Positions 28,836-39,597 are shown, numbered from the stretch's first letter. The stretch: DNA of 64,000 nt from a virus (IMGVR_UViG_3300030332_001481:195486-259485); one strand, 5' to 3'. The notes: generated from the letters alone by a model not told the origin. Numbers and translations: made by a program.

Positions 28836-29801
28836 TTAAAAACTCGGCCGCTCAAGCTCATTCTCGGGCTCCTTTGACTGGTTGGGGTTTGGGATCGTTT
28901 CCCGCACCCGCAGGTCCTCCGGCCATTCGGCCGGGTCGGCGCCGCAGGGGTCGCGGAGGATTGCCCGCATCGCTGAGCCACCGCCCTCGGGGAACGGCTC
29001 GCTCTTGGAACCAGCGGGCCACGCCAGGTCCATGCGGTCGCACTCGTAGGGAGCCTCCCCAAGCTGCTTGACGTACACCGGCACCGCCGCCTCGCGGCAC
29101 TGCCTGATCACGTCACGAGCCCAGTTCAAATTGAACGGAACACCCTCAGGGTCACGGTGGCCGCTGATGGAAACCCAGTCGATGCGCCACGGGGTCGAGG
29201 TCTTTCGGCCGCCACCCACCAGGGGGTTGAACAGCCCCGGGGAGATCAGTATCCGCCCTGATGGGCTTAGCAGCGGTACGCGCTTGAAGTCCACCGGCCC
29301 CCGGGCCTCGTAGTTCACCCAGCGCACCGCAGCGGGCAGCCAGAGCAGCAACGATACCCGCAGGTCCGCCATGTCCTGGTCCTCCACCTGCACACCCAGC
29401 CGCACGTTCGGCAGAGGCCAGGTTTTTGACACATTCTCTTGAAACGAAAGGTGCGTAGTGTTGCGGCTGAGCCACTCCATCACGTAGTGGATCGGCCACG
29501 CGTGATGCGGGCGCCGGGTGTCGAACAGCCAGTTGCCCTCATCGTTCTCTCGGTGCCAGAGCACCTTCTCGTCCACCCACCCGAAGAACCACTTCGCCAG
29601 TGCCAGCTCTTTCTCCGACTCCAGCAGCACCCAGAACGTGTGCTGGGGACAAGCGGCCATGACGCCAAACTTCGCCGCGATGGATTCCGTTGTGGCTCCC
29701 TCGTTGAAGATGAAGAGGTCGTGCACCCAGACTCCCTGCGGCTCCTCCCACTGGAGGGGCTGGTCCAGAGGGCTATTGTGGTTCCAGTGTTTCGTAGTCA
29801 T
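28836..29801 (-). CDS. phage Gp37/Gp68 (DUF5131)-like protein
   Basis: CPQHTF, PLPNVRLGVQVEDQ, IDWV, WARDVIRQC...VPVYVKQLG; follows the promoter at 29843. Confidence 0.8.
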   Translation of the reverse strand: MTTKHWNHNSPLDQPLQWEEPQGVWVHDLFIFNEGATTESIAAKFGVMAACPQHTFWVLLESEKELALAKWFFGWVDEKVLWHRENDEGNWLFDTRRPHHAWPIHYVMEWLSRNTTHLSFQENVSKTWPLPNVRLGVQVEDQDMADLRVSLLLWLPAAVRWVNYEARGPVDFKRVPLLSPSGRILISPGLFNPLVGGGRKTSTPWRIDWVSISGHRDPEGVPFNLNWARDVIRQCREAAVPVYVKQLGEAPYECDRMDLAWPAGSKSEPFPEGGGSAMRAILRDPCGADPAEWPEDLRVRETIPNPNQSKEPENELERPSF

Positions 29802-30062
29802 TGGTTTCCTCCCGGCAAGCGCTTCAGCTCACCAACCCCTCTTAGTATGGCCAGGGTTGGCCACTACTCTCACGTAGCACACGACGCACTTCCGCGTGAA
29901 AAGCGCTCGCCTCCCGGAAAGAGGGCCGCGCTTGTTCGTCACACGCGACGTTCAGCTGCTGGTTCTGGGTCAGCAGCCGGTTGGCGCAAGCCAGCGCTCG
30001 CCGCAGGTTCACCACCTGGGTCGCGAGCTGCTCGGCCTGCGCGCTTTCTTCACTTGTGCAGC

Positions 30063-30509
30063 TCAGTACCACTCCAGGCTCCCGGCCAAACGTCCATCCA
30101 GCGCATTGACCGAGACTACCGCCACCTTGATCCCCTCGTCCGCTAGCGTCTGGACGTAACTCCAGGTGTAGAGGCACTGCTTACCAGGGACGGCGAGGGC
30201 GTAGTGGTCCTTGCTGAAGTTCTCTTCACGAAAGCGGAGACATGCTCCCACCATATCTGTGTAGCAGTCTTGGCCCAGGTTCCTACTGATGACCTGAAGG
30301 TCCCAGCGGTCCTCCAGAGACGACTCCCAGTTGTACTCCTCGACCATGTCACGGACAACCTGGTCCACCCCCGTCGGGCTGTCGCTGACGAAAACAGTAC
30401 CAGCCCTCTCCACGAGAACATCGCTCAGGATATTTTCGAGGCAGCTCACCTGATCCGTTGAGAGCTGGAAACGGGTCCCGGTGACGATGATGGAGCTACC
30501 GTACTTCAT
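30063..30509 (-). CDS. SLOG-superfamily (DUF2493-like) protein
   Basis: IIVTGTR, PTGVD, ALAVPG...T...GIKV. Confidence 0.55.
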   Translation of the reverse strand: MKYGSSIIVTGTRFQLSTDQVSCLENILSDVLVERAGTVFVSDSPTGVDQVVRDMVEEYNWESSLEDRWDLQVISRNLGQDCYTDMVGACLRFREENFSKDHYALAVPGKQCLYTWSYVQTLADEGIKVAVVSVNALDGRLAGSLEWY

Positions 30510-30713
30510 GGGCTAATCCTTCTCCGGCGTGTACTTGACCACGCGGTACACGAGGTTTCTCTCCGGGAACATGTTTGCAGCTTGCTCCGCGTAACCTCGC
30601 TTCGCGGCTACTGCCTCCTTCTTGGTGTTAGCGCAGTCTAGCGGTTCCCAGTCGTTCTCGCCCTTGATGGCTTCTTCGATCACGTAGACTTTTTGCTTTG
30701 AGTTGGCCATTTC

Positions 30714-31145
30714 TTACTCCTTGCCTGCGCGGCGGTGGGCCCGCGCCATTTGGGTGGCGATCTTCAGGATCTCTGCCTGGGTGTAGTCGTTGCGCACGAG
30801 GTTACCCAGGTACTCGTGATCCGCCGGGCCCAGGAACTGCGCCAAGCCGGCAGGCAGCCGGGCGATGACCTCGTTGACTTCGTTGCTCACGGCTCTGCCT
30901 TCGTAGATATTTTGAACTGCCTTGGGGTTGATCATGGCACGAACTGTCTCCAGGGCCGTAGCGATAGCGGCGTACGCAAGCTCACTAGGTCTCATGGAGT
31001 CCACTCGCTTCCCACGGAAGCGCCCAGCCACAAGATCCCGATCCCGCTCGACTTCCTCGGTGGCTCGGCGAGCCCGCACCGTCTCTTCGTCTACCTCCAG
31101 GATCAGATCCCGATCGCCAGTACTGCTGAGGACGAATACTTTCAT
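30714..31145 (-). CDS. hypothetical protein
   Basis: 143-aa coupled ORF. Confidence 0.65.
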   Translation of the reverse strand: MKVFVLSSTGDRDLILEVDEETVRARRATEEVERDRDLVAGRFRGKRVDSMRPSELAYAAIATALETVRAMINPKAVQNIYEGRAVSNEVNEVIARLPAGLAQFLGPADHEYLGNLVRNDYTQAEILKIATQMARAHRRAGKE

Positions 31146-31585
31146 GTCTCTGTCCCTGGTGGATCAGTTGTAGCTAGTTCCGTGGCCAGCGCTTTGCCAA
31201 TGGCCTCACGCAGTTCACGCAGACGGTAGATAGCCCAACTGCGTGCAGATTCGGGGGTGGGCCCTGTCTCAGAAACCAACGACTCGCTGCTTCCTCGTTT
31301 TCGTACTTGGCAGGTCCAAGTATCTCCCTGGTCTTTGTCTTGAAAGACGAGTACCTCTAGAGTCGCTTCTTTGAAGCTCGCTAGCCCCAACGCGCCTGCC
31401 GATCGAGCAAGGTCTAGCAACACCTGCGGCGTCACCCCTACTGTAACCACCACGTCATCGTCATCGCCCTCCGTACACAGCGTGAGCAACAGACCCGAGC
31501 GTACATCTCCATTGTCTGATACTGTCCACAACTCCAACGAGTCGTCGCAATCGTCGAAGTACGAGTATAGCGTATCGTTGCTCAC
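31142..31585 (-). CDS. hypothetical protein
   Basis: 147-aa coupled ORF. Confidence 0.6.
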   Translation of the reverse strand: MSNDTLYSYFDDCDDSLELWTVSDNGDVRSGLLLTLCTEGDDDDVVVTVGVTPQVLLDLARSAGALGLASFKEATLEVLVFQDKDQGDTWTCQVRKRGSSESLVSETGPTPESARSWAIYRLRELREAIGKALATELATTDPPGTET

Positions 31586-31884
31586 GGCTTACCCCAGAAC
31601 CCAGAACTTGGTGGGACCCACTTCTTTCCGCGGTGCCCGTACTTGCACCGCGCGTAGTTACTCATCTTCCCAGAAGATGGGTGGGTCGTGGAGGGGGATT
31701 TGGGTGCAAAGGATCCACACCTTCTGCGGAGGGTGTGTTTCGCTGGTGAGGAGGTGGTGCACGGCGTCCACCCGCAGCCTCTTGCCTTTGGAGACGACCT
31801 CTTCCCCCACCCGGGGCACGAAGGTCACGTCGCAGAGGTCCACGAAGGTATTATCATGGTAGTAGAATTCAACTCGCATTTTCG

Positions 31885-32271
31885 TCACTTTCGCGGCACT
31901 GCTGTGATGCAGAACTGGGTTGGGGAGGGACCCACCTCGTTCCACATCTTTTCTTCGGGGTTGAGGAGTTTGTAAAAGCTGTATCCCTGGTCTGTGTCTA
32001 TGTATTCCCCGCACAGCTCCCGTGCCTCTTTGACTGCCCGGTGCCGACACCGCTCGTGTGCGTAGCCGCTGTAGCGGGTCGTATCGAGGTACTCTCCGAT
32101 CTCCTCACGGCTAAGATGGCCTTTGCAGACTTCGCAACGGCCAACGGACCAGCTCTTCATCTCCAAGTCAGCCCGCCACCCGTAAGCGGCCCCCTTGTAG
32201 TGGATCTTACGGTCCAGACTGAGTTTCCCAAATTGGATTGCCTTATCGCCGTTTTCCATCATCTTGGCCAC
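31885..32271 (-). CDS. CxxCKGHL zinc-finger family paralogue 1
   Basis: RKIHYKGAAYG..DLEMK...CEVCKGHL...GYAHERC. Confidence 0.75.
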   Translation of the reverse strand: MAKMMENGDKAIQFGKLSLDRKIHYKGAAYGWRADLEMKSWSVGRCEVCKGHLSREEIGEYLDTTRYSGYAHERCRHRAVKEARELCGEYIDTDQGYSFYKLLNPEEKMWNEVGPSPTQFCITAVPRK

Positions 32272-32288
32272 ACCCTCCAGGTCGTGGG

Positions 32289-32819
32289 CTAGTAGTGGTC
32301 GTGGAGCAAGCCAGGTTCATGGAAGCAGAGGTTTGCGTGCGAGAGCACCACCGCCACGACGATGAATACCACGGAACCGGCGGCCACCCCGAGACAGACC
32401 GCAACGCTGAGAGGGTGCGGGACAAACCCTAGCGTAGCGTTGACTAACGCCGTTGCCAGGCACACGACTACAGTCGTGGTGAGCAACCGGCTGAGACGCT
32501 TCAGGGGCGCCAGCAGAGCGCTTGTGGTTTCAGGGGACTTACCCAAGTCTGACCGAATCCCATTGACCATATGCGCGTACTCTGGATCGGAGAACTCCTC
32601 CCGCATCGTCACTACGATGTAGGTAGTGACATAGAACAGTAGACCTGAAAGGATGATGAACGCGTAGAACACATCTCGTCTCAGGTTGTCCCTGTACCAG
32701 ACCGGAAAGTCGGCCCCACTGAGACAGTAAACACAGACGGCCACAACAGCCGCAACAATTGCCGGACAAGCATAGGCCTTGAATGCAGTCATTTCACTAC
32801 TCCTTGACGTATCAGTCAT
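32289..32819 (-). CDS. multi-pass membrane protein (about 4 TM)
   Basis: four hydrophobic segments. Confidence 0.7.
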   Translation of the reverse strand: MTDTSRSSEMTAFKAYACPAIVAAVVAVCVYCLSGADFPVWYRDNLRRDVFYAFIILSGLLFYVTTYIVVTMREEFSDPEYAHMVNGIRSDLGKSPETTSALLAPLKRLSRLLTTTVVVCLATALVNATLGFVPHPLSVAVCLGVAAGSVVFIVVAVVLSHANLCFHEPGLLHDHY

Positions 32820-32820
32820 C

Positions 32821-33198
32821 TCATCTTCCCCATGAAGAGATAAAGAACTTGGTCGGTGTGGGACAGAACTCTTCGCCCTCCGGCACGTTAGGGGTGATGG
32901 TCTTGCGGTTGCGGCCCTCTCCGTTCAGTTCCCGGGCCTCTTTCGTGGCCTGACGGTGACACGACTTGTGTGCGTAACCATGGTATCTAGAGGTGCACAC
33001 ATGCACATCCGGGCCCTCCAAGTACATGCCGCCCACTATCACCCGGAGGTGACCTTTGCAGACTACACAACTGCGATCGGCCCAGTGCTTCATCTCCAGG
33101 TCGTAGGTACCTCCGTAAGCGGCCCCCTTGTAGTGGATCTTACGGGTCAGCACCTCCTTCCCCATATGAAACGTCTTCAACCTCCGGAGGGACATCAT
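32821..33198 (-). CDS. CxxCKGHL zinc-finger family paralogue 2
   Basis: RKIHYKGAAYG..DLEMK...CVVCKGHL...GYAHKSC. Confidence 0.75.
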   Translation of the reverse strand: MMSLRRLKTFHMGKEVLTRKIHYKGAAYGGTYDLEMKHWADRSCVVCKGHLRVIVGGMYLEGPDVHVCTSRYHGYAHKSCHRQATKEARELNGEGRNRKTITPNVPEGEEFCPTPTKFFISSWGR

Positions 33199-33572
33199 CT
33201 CACCTCTACCCGGGTTGGTGTCGGACCGACACCCCAATCCAGACCACTCTCGTAAGGGAGTGTCTTGTAACTGAGGCCGCGGAAGGTTTCTTTGGCCCCG
33301 TGCAGACCCCGGGCCTCTTTGAGAGCCATTCTACTGCACAGCTTATGGGCAAACCCCTGTGAGTAGCCCGTGTGGGTGTAGCTTTCCTGCGTTATTTGGA
33401 GGTGCCCTTTGCAGAATAAGCACACGCCTGTTCTGTGCCGCGTACCTGGTTTCATCTCGATGTCGAGCGCCCCGTAGTAGGGGTAGTACTTTTCGGGCGG
33501 TACGCCGTGGGGAAGCTTACGATGGACGATCTTCTTCCCCATTTGGCGCCCCTTCTCGTAGCTACAGCTCAC
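33195..33572 (-). CDS. CxxCKGHL zinc-finger family paralogue 3
   Basis: DIEMK...CLFCKGHL...GFAHKLC...KEAR. Confidence 0.7.
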   Translation of the reverse strand: MSCSYEKGRQMGKKIVHRKLPHGVPPEKYYPYYGALDIEMKPGTRHRTGVCLFCKGHLQITQESYTHTGYSQGFAHKLCSRMALKEARGLHGAKETFRGLSYKTLPYESGLDWGVGPTPTRVEVR

Positions 33573-34036
33573 CTCGCCCTCAGCCCCTGGCGCACTTCCA
33601 TGAGGAGGCGGCCCAGGTGGTTCTCACCCTTGCCCCGGCAGACGCCCCAGAACGTGTCGCCCCAGCTGTTGTCCTCGATGAGCTGCGCCGTCCCCGTGTC
33701 GAGCAGCCACGACCGCACCGGCTCGGCCTGGAACTTGAGCTGGAGAAGATCCCGCATCACGTCGACCTTCATCTCATCCCAGCCGTCCCGGAGCGTGAGA
33801 TTCTCTCCCATACGCTTGGCCTGGCCCGCGGTCTCGCACGCGTCGACCCACTCCCGCTCGTTCTCGTCCTCTGTCTTCGTAGCCTGGTAGGCGTGCTCCA
33901 CCGTGGGCCACACCCGACCCTCCCAGGTCACGACAGCGGGGTAGAAGTTCGAGAGGAAGCTGTGCCTCCCCTTGAAGGACCTGATGGGTTCAGGAACGTC
34001 GAATATCTTGTTCATGTGGGAGTCTATTCGTTTCAA
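33569..34036 (-). CDS. NADAR (YbiA-like) family hydrolase
   Basis: FLSNFY, TVEHAYQATK, KF, LIED, DTFWG, GENHLGRLLMEVR. Confidence 0.92.
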   Translation of the reverse strand: MKRIDSHMNKIFDVPEPIRSFKGRHSFLSNFYPAVVTWEGRVWPTVEHAYQATKTEDENEREWVDACETAGQAKRMGENLTLRDGWDEMKVDVMRDLLQLKFQAEPVRSWLLDTGTAQLIEDNSWGDTFWGVCRGKGENHLGRLLMEVRQGLRAR

Positions 34037-34038
34037 GC

Positions 34039-34596
34039 CTAGAAGATCACATCCACGATCCCTCGCTGGGGAGGCCCGAAGTACTTGAGGCCCTCTTCGA
34101 CGGGGTTGCTCGACGTTACGAACTCAGCGTGGCGTTTCGAGAACTCTTCACGGGCCCGATCCACCGCCCGGCGGATCAAACAACCCGCCCGGTGTAGGCT
34201 CAGGGGCTCTTGCTTGTCGCGAGACGCACCACCAATGGCGTAAGGGGTGAGTACATGCAAGTACCCCTTTACAAAGGGACGCAGATGGTGGGGCAGCTCA
34301 CTGCCCTCAAACAGGGAATGCATCTCTCTGCAGTAGTCCAGGAACTCAGGATCCGTGTGGTTGTACTCTTCGAGGAAAGCCAACTTCTCCTCTTCCGTCG
34401 TGAGACTATTCCACTTGTCGCTGGTGGCAGTGGCCGAGTCTAGACCAGACAGCGCCAGCTCCTTGTTCTCGTCCCACACCCACCGCTTGATGGGCTCGTG
34501 TGGTCCCAGGTACTGCTGGCTCGCGATCCGCCACCAGTAAGCCTCGTGTACGCTCCTGACGTTGTGGAGGAACATGTTCTTCAGATTTCTACTCAT
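34039..34596 (-). CDS. hypothetical protein
   Basis: AGGAGG RBS, 185 aa. Confidence 0.7.
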   Translation of the reverse strand: MSRNLKNMFLHNVRSVHEAYWWRIASQQYLGPHEPIKRWVWDENKELALSGLDSATATSDKWNSLTTEEEKLAFLEEYNHTDPEFLDYCREMHSLFEGSELPHHLRPFVKGYLHVLTPYAIGGASRDKQEPLSLHRAGCLIRRAVDRAREEFSKRHAEFVTSSNPVEEGLKYFGPPQRGIVDVIF

Positions 34597-34605
34597 TGTT
34601 TCCTC

Positions 34606-35136
34606 CTACAGTCCAAGATTCAGGTTCGGGAGAGCGGCCCCGACTTCGATCCGCACACGCTTCCCCAGGAGCGCCTGGTAGACCTCCGGGGAGGTTTCAG
34701 GGAGAAAGCAGTCATGGGGAACAATGGGGTGTGGCTCCTGGCACTCCTTGCACGGCCTCGTCTTGGGGTGACCAAAAGGGTCGTAGCCCACAGGCGGCAC
34801 AGCTACGTCAAATCGGCGCGAGTCCGGGGGAACAAACGCAGAGAACGTCGGACAGTGCCAGTTCATCCCTTCAAAGGTCACCCCCATCAGGCGCAGCTGC
34901 AGTATGATAGGTACTGAGTGATCGAAGTCCGTGGCATTTCGCCCCATGTAGCAGCTCAACGCATACTCGTCGCTGTTGTTAAATCTCCGCAAAGCGGACT
35001 TGCCAGCAGCCACCCACAGGAACTCACTGGCATGCCTCTCGGGAGTCACATAGATGAGCGTCAGGCTCTCATCCGCACCCGCACTGATGGTGCGGAGGTC
35101 TTGCGGAACTAGTACGTCGCTGTGCTTGTAATCCAT
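34606..35136 (-). CDS. hypothetical protein
   Basis: MDYKHSD start after the promoter variant at 35173-35188. Confidence 0.65.
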   Translation of the reverse strand: MDYKHSDVLVPQDLRTISAGADESLTLIYVTPERHASEFLWVAAGKSALRRFNNSDEYALSCYMGRNATDFDHSVPIILQLRLMGVTFEGMNWHCPTFSAFVPPDSRRFDVAVPPVGYDPFGHPKTRPCKECQEPHPIVPHDCFLPETSPEVYQALLGKRVRIEVGAALPNLNLGL

Positions 35137-35531
35137 GGACTTGTCTTTCTGGGTGTGCCGTCTGCCTACCACTAGTATGGACAGGGTTAGCGAACCCTCA
35201 GTCGCCGATAATCTTGAACATGCGAAGCCTGCGGTTGAACCTGAGGTTGGTGCAGCCAAACAAGCTGATGGTATCCTTTGCCTCGTGCCAGAAGTAGTAG
35301 GAATCTTCACTGTACTCACTGATACCAGGCAGGATGACCTGCACAGCCTCACATGGCGCAAAGGGAAGCTCCTCCAGATCTTCCAAGCACGAGACAGTCT
35401 CACCCAAGATGGGTCCTATCGTAGATTGCTCCTGACTGTCGAAGACAGCCTTGGCTGTCTGGATTGGGTGGCTCTCCATGCAATGGAGGCAGAACATGCT
35501 CTTCATGGTCGTCACGTATTCCTGTCTATGA

Positions 35532-36008
35532 CTATACTTCATACTCTTCTCCGCCCTCTTGCCACCGAATGAACGCCAGCTCACACTCCCGGCTGCAGAT
35601 GCACTTCCGTGCGGCTTCCTTGTAGGCCACGTAGATGTCTTCACCGCAGTTCATGCACCTGCCCACCCGAACCAGGTCATCGTCCTGCACTTTACGGTAC
35701 TCCAGGACTCCGCCGGGGAACTGTTCTTCGGTGGGGTCGTAGATATCTCCGTCCGGGCCCTCACACCACCAGTGCTCGCACTCGCCCTGAGTCGCGGTGA
35801 CCGCAAACCCGGCCTGTCGCTTCAGCTCTGGGAACTGCTCCACCATTTCCTCTGTGGCGGTGGCGCACTTTGCCCGCAGAAAGGGGTTTCTGTCCTGATA
35901 GGCTCGCATCCACAGGAAGTAAGGGATCTCGGAGCGGGCCTTCTCACTGAGACCTGCGAGAATCTCTTCGGCTCTCTTGATCTTCTCTTCTTTTCCTGGT
36001 TCGCTCAT
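35532..36008 (-). CDS. hypothetical protein (HWW...IYDPT motif, C-terminal Cys cluster)
   Basis: 158 aa, GAGG RBS. Confidence 0.65.
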   Translation of the reverse strand: MSEPGKEEKIKRAEEILAGLSEKARSEIPYFLWMRAYQDRNPFLRAKCATATEEMVEQFPELKRQAGFAVTATQGECEHWWCEGPDGDIYDPTEEQFPGGVLEYRKVQDDDLVRVGRCMNCGEDIYVAYKEAARKCICSRECELAFIRWQEGGEEYEV

Positions 36009-36055
36009 CCGCGCCTCACTTCTCGTCCCTACTTATAGGTGTAGGGCGACCGACT

Positions 36056-36562
36056 TTACAGGTGGAAGCGCTCAAGTGGTGTGTCGTACGCCTGCATCAA
36101 GGGATGCTTGGGGCGTCCGGCCTTTGTCGTGCCCAGGCACTGAGGCACCGCTCCGAGCCCATCCAGCCACCCGAGCATGGTCTCTGCGTGCTGGTTGAGC
36201 TTCTTGGGGAGGGCACCACCCCAAGCAACCACGACCAGCGGCTCGCCCCAACGCCGCGTCTCCGCGAAGGCGGACTCGACGTGGCGGTAATTCTCTGGTC
36301 CAACGGGATCATCTACCGTCAACAGATCCCGAGGGTGCCTGGACCTGTACGCACAGGCATTGACGACTTCCAACCCAGTGCAGCCCCACCTCGTGGCAAA
36401 GCCCCGGCACTTTCGAATTGTAGCGTCATCCACCAACGCGTCGGCCGTGCTGGGGTTGCACATGACATAGATCACGTGCCGCCCTGGACCACTTCTGCGC
36501 CACAGCCGGTAACGGTACTGCTCACACGCGGAGATAACCGCTCCCGTGATCTCAGCGGTCAC
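36056..36562 (-). CDS. DUF1643-family protein
   Basis: YRYRLWR, MCNPSTAD...DDATIRKC, VVAWG, PKHPL. Confidence 0.85.
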   Translation of the reverse strand: MTAEITGAVISACEQYRYRLWRRSGPGRHVIYVMCNPSTADALVDDATIRKCRGFATRWGCTGLEVVNACAYRSRHPRDLLTVDDPVGPENYRHVESAFAETRRWGEPLVVVAWGGALPKKLNQHAETMLGWLDGLGAVPQCLGTTKAGRPKHPLMQAYDTPLERFHL

Positions 36563-38010
36563 TCGTTGTCCATTTCTTTGCGTAGTCGCCTGTGGAGGGA
36601 GTCAAGAGCCCTTCGGCACATACACCGTGAGCAGGTGATCGTCAGGTCGCAGTCGTAACACACCTCTGTGCCCCCAAGGCGAGGGATTGACCTCTCCGCC
36701 CAGCGAGCCACTGCCAGTAGTTCTGGAAGGGTGTTGTGCATGAGGACGATGAGGCTGGCATCGTGCTCGCTTGCACCCTCCAGGAAGACTCCCTCCCTGC
36801 TCCCTCCAGTAACCAGGCCTACGTCCAGTCCTTGGTTGGCCTCGTTGAGCATGTTTTCGTACCACTCGATGGGATCACTCTTGCGCATCGCGTTCTCTCT
36901 TGAGGTTGCACGCTTCATAGTGTGAGCAAAGGTCCGGGGCGTTGTTGGCTGCGTCTTCCCTGCAGAAGTGCATGTCGTAGGGCTCGTGACCTTGGTGCTC
37001 GGTAAAGACCTGGGCAGCCGCGCAGTTGCACACCGCCTCGAACTCCTTGACGACCGTAGGCGGATCGTCCGGGTCATCATACTTCTTGTGGAGGTCGAGG
37101 TGCTGAGCCTCGATGAGCCCCGCGCTGAACTTCCCGACTCGGATCAGGTACTTAGGCATCCTCTGGTTCCACCGTGTCCAGCACAGGTCCCAGCGCCTCG
37201 ATGATGACGCGGACCGCGTTGGGACTCATCCCCCTGCCTCGTACGCCCTGTCCCTGCACCGGCTCGGTAGCGCGGCATGCGTCGTCGTAGAGCTGCTGAG
37301 CCGCATCAACTACCAGCATGAGTCGGCCAATCGTGTTGGCTCGCTCGTGCAGGCTATCGTGCAGGCCGCGAAGCTTCGCACGAAGACGCTTGATCTCAGC
37401 CTCGGCCGCTCTCTCCCGCTGAATGTGGTCTTCCAGCTCGTCGTCAAAGTCGTCGTCAAAGTCGTCGTCGAAGTCATTCATGCGTCCCCTCCCCTCGCAA
37501 CCAGCGCAGCAGTGCCTCCAGGGCGAGGACCCACTCGACACGGGCCGTTGCTACTAGCCGGACTCGATCGACCCGGTCCTTGTTGTAACGTGCCACTGCG
37601 CGACCTTCCTCCCACTTAGCCATGTTTGAATGGACGTAGGCCTCCACGGCCCAGTGGTTGGCGTCGCCATAGTATGCCGCGTCAGACATTTCGTCTCTAT
37701 AAACTTTCATTGGAAGTTCTCCTGTCTCGCCACTTCAACCACCGGACGAGGCGATTGCGCACCTTCAGGTAGTAGGTGTTGTCCTCGTACCCCATATCAT
37801 CTATGGGGCAGCCTTCACCGTCGTATGAAACGATCTGGAGGAACATCCTCTCGTGAAGGTCGCAGCGCTCTCCCAACCTGTCACACTCGCAGTGACTGAA
37901 GATGATCTTCTTGGCCCACGCAATGTAGGCGGAATGGGCGCTCAAGTACCGCCGGTTTATGCCAGGTGCGCGGTATGTAGGCCTGTTCTCTACGATCATG
38001 TGTGCTTCAG

Positions 38011-38307
38011 TCACCAGTCTATCTCCATTCTGAATCCGAAAGGCTTGACCCTCTCCCCTTCGTCAAACCTACGAACCCAGCGTTCCACCACGGCAGGTGT
38101 TTCCCACGTGAGTTCATCGCCGTCGTCATCCCATTCCGGCGGGATGACGATCCTCTTGCGGCTCACCTCGACATGGGCTCGCTGCAGGGCTCTTTTGGTC
38201 GCAAGAGCGACAGGGCACCAGAGAGCGCTCGCCCGCCTGCCAAGGGCGATGTCCCTCTCCGTGACCTCTACCATGACCCAGGTCTTTTCTCTTTCAGTCA
38301 CGGTCAC
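38011..38307 (-). CDS. CPVALA-family paralogue 4
   Basis: VEVTERDI...CPVALA...FDEG...PFGF. Confidence 0.75.
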   Translation of the reverse strand: MTVTEREKTWVMVEVTERDIALGRRASALWCPVALATKRALQRAHVEVSRKRIVIPPEWDDDGDELTWETPAVVERWVRRFDEGERVKPFGFRMEIDW

Positions 38308-39173
38308 TCATCAGTAAGCCCTAGCAGTTCCCGCTCCTGCGACGTCAGCTTTGCCAGAGCTGCTGCGCGTGCCTTGCGCTCCTGCTCGGCCTCATACTTG
38401 GGCCTGTACTCCCGCCACCACGCGAACACCTTGTCGTTTTCGGTTTTTCCGTGATCCGCCCACCCGTACATCCGGTAGCAAGCCTCTACCAGCATGGAGC
38501 GAAGCTCATCACACTCGGCCTCCAGGCCTGCAGTCGGGCCGGCGTCGTCTTCACCGCTGTCGTCTTCCTCGAAGATGTTGCGGAATGTTCCCTTTTCCAG
38601 GGAAATGATGTTGAGTGGGTGGTTATCGTGCCAGTTCACCTCTTCAGTGCTCATCTCCATGACACTCGGACGCATGCAATGGTTGGGGTACTTAGTCTCC
38701 TGCAGTACCCGCTTTACCTCTTCTGCGCCTAGCCTGTCGTGGTCGACAACCATCAACACGACGCGATGGACTTCAGTGGGGATGTACGTACTCTTGCGAT
38801 TCATGGTTTGGTACTCTTTCTGTGCTTCTTGAGGTAGCGCTTGCGGCCTGCGGCAAGGAACTTCGCGTGCTGCTGCAAGTACCAGCCTTGCATGGGGCCA
38901 CGCCAAAATTGACTGACGTTCTTGGTGTTTCTCTTGTTTCTGCGGGGCCTGAGCGTGATGGCGTAACGCTTCGCGGTTGCCACGACGTTATCCCGGATGA
39001 GCTTAGGACAGTGAGGTAGAGCCGCCGACAGCAGCCGTCTCAAGAGTTCATTTTCATCCTCGAACGACACAGGAAACGAGTCCACGCCCTCCAATGCGTC
39101 AATTACCTCAGGGTAGAACAGTGCTTCCCCTGTGTCCGGGTCGAACTTCGTGGTGATACGGATCAACCTAACG

Positions 39174-39584
39174 CTAGCTTCGGTCACGGACAGCGTCTCG
39201 AATTTGCTCATAGATACTGAGGAGCTGAAGATTGGAAAGCCGGTCTAAGGGGTAGGTGGAGATCCGGTCGAAGACTTCCTCGTGGTCTGGCGGCCAGCTA
39301 TGCCAACCGTCCATGCTGGTCCAGTTGCCTGTCACAGTGGCCTTGCCCGTGTACCCGTCGTCATCTTCTTGCACCTTACGCTCGATTTTGACCGTGAGGT
39401 CACCTGATGCCTCTACGTGGGTGATGTTCCAGCATCCGTGTTCATTCAGGTATACGCGGAATACATCTTTGTACCCATCAGAACTCTCTAGTACCACGAA
39501 CCCAGGACCGCCGAACTCTTCTCGTTCGTCCCCTTCGATCTCGATGCGGTCGTCGCTGCTACCAGTAATGACAATCGTCTTCAT
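39174..39584 (-). CDS. hypothetical phage protein (GSSDDRIEIEG motif)
   Basis: 136-aa ORF. Confidence 0.65.
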   Translation of the reverse strand: MKTIVITGSSDDRIEIEGDEREEFGGPGFVVLESSDGYKDVFRVYLNEHGCWNITHVEASGDLTVKIERKVQEDDDGYTGKATVTGNWTSMDGWHSWPPDHEEVFDRISTYPLDRLSNLQLLSIYEQIRDAVRDRS

Positions 39585-39597
39585 GATGGCCCTTCTC

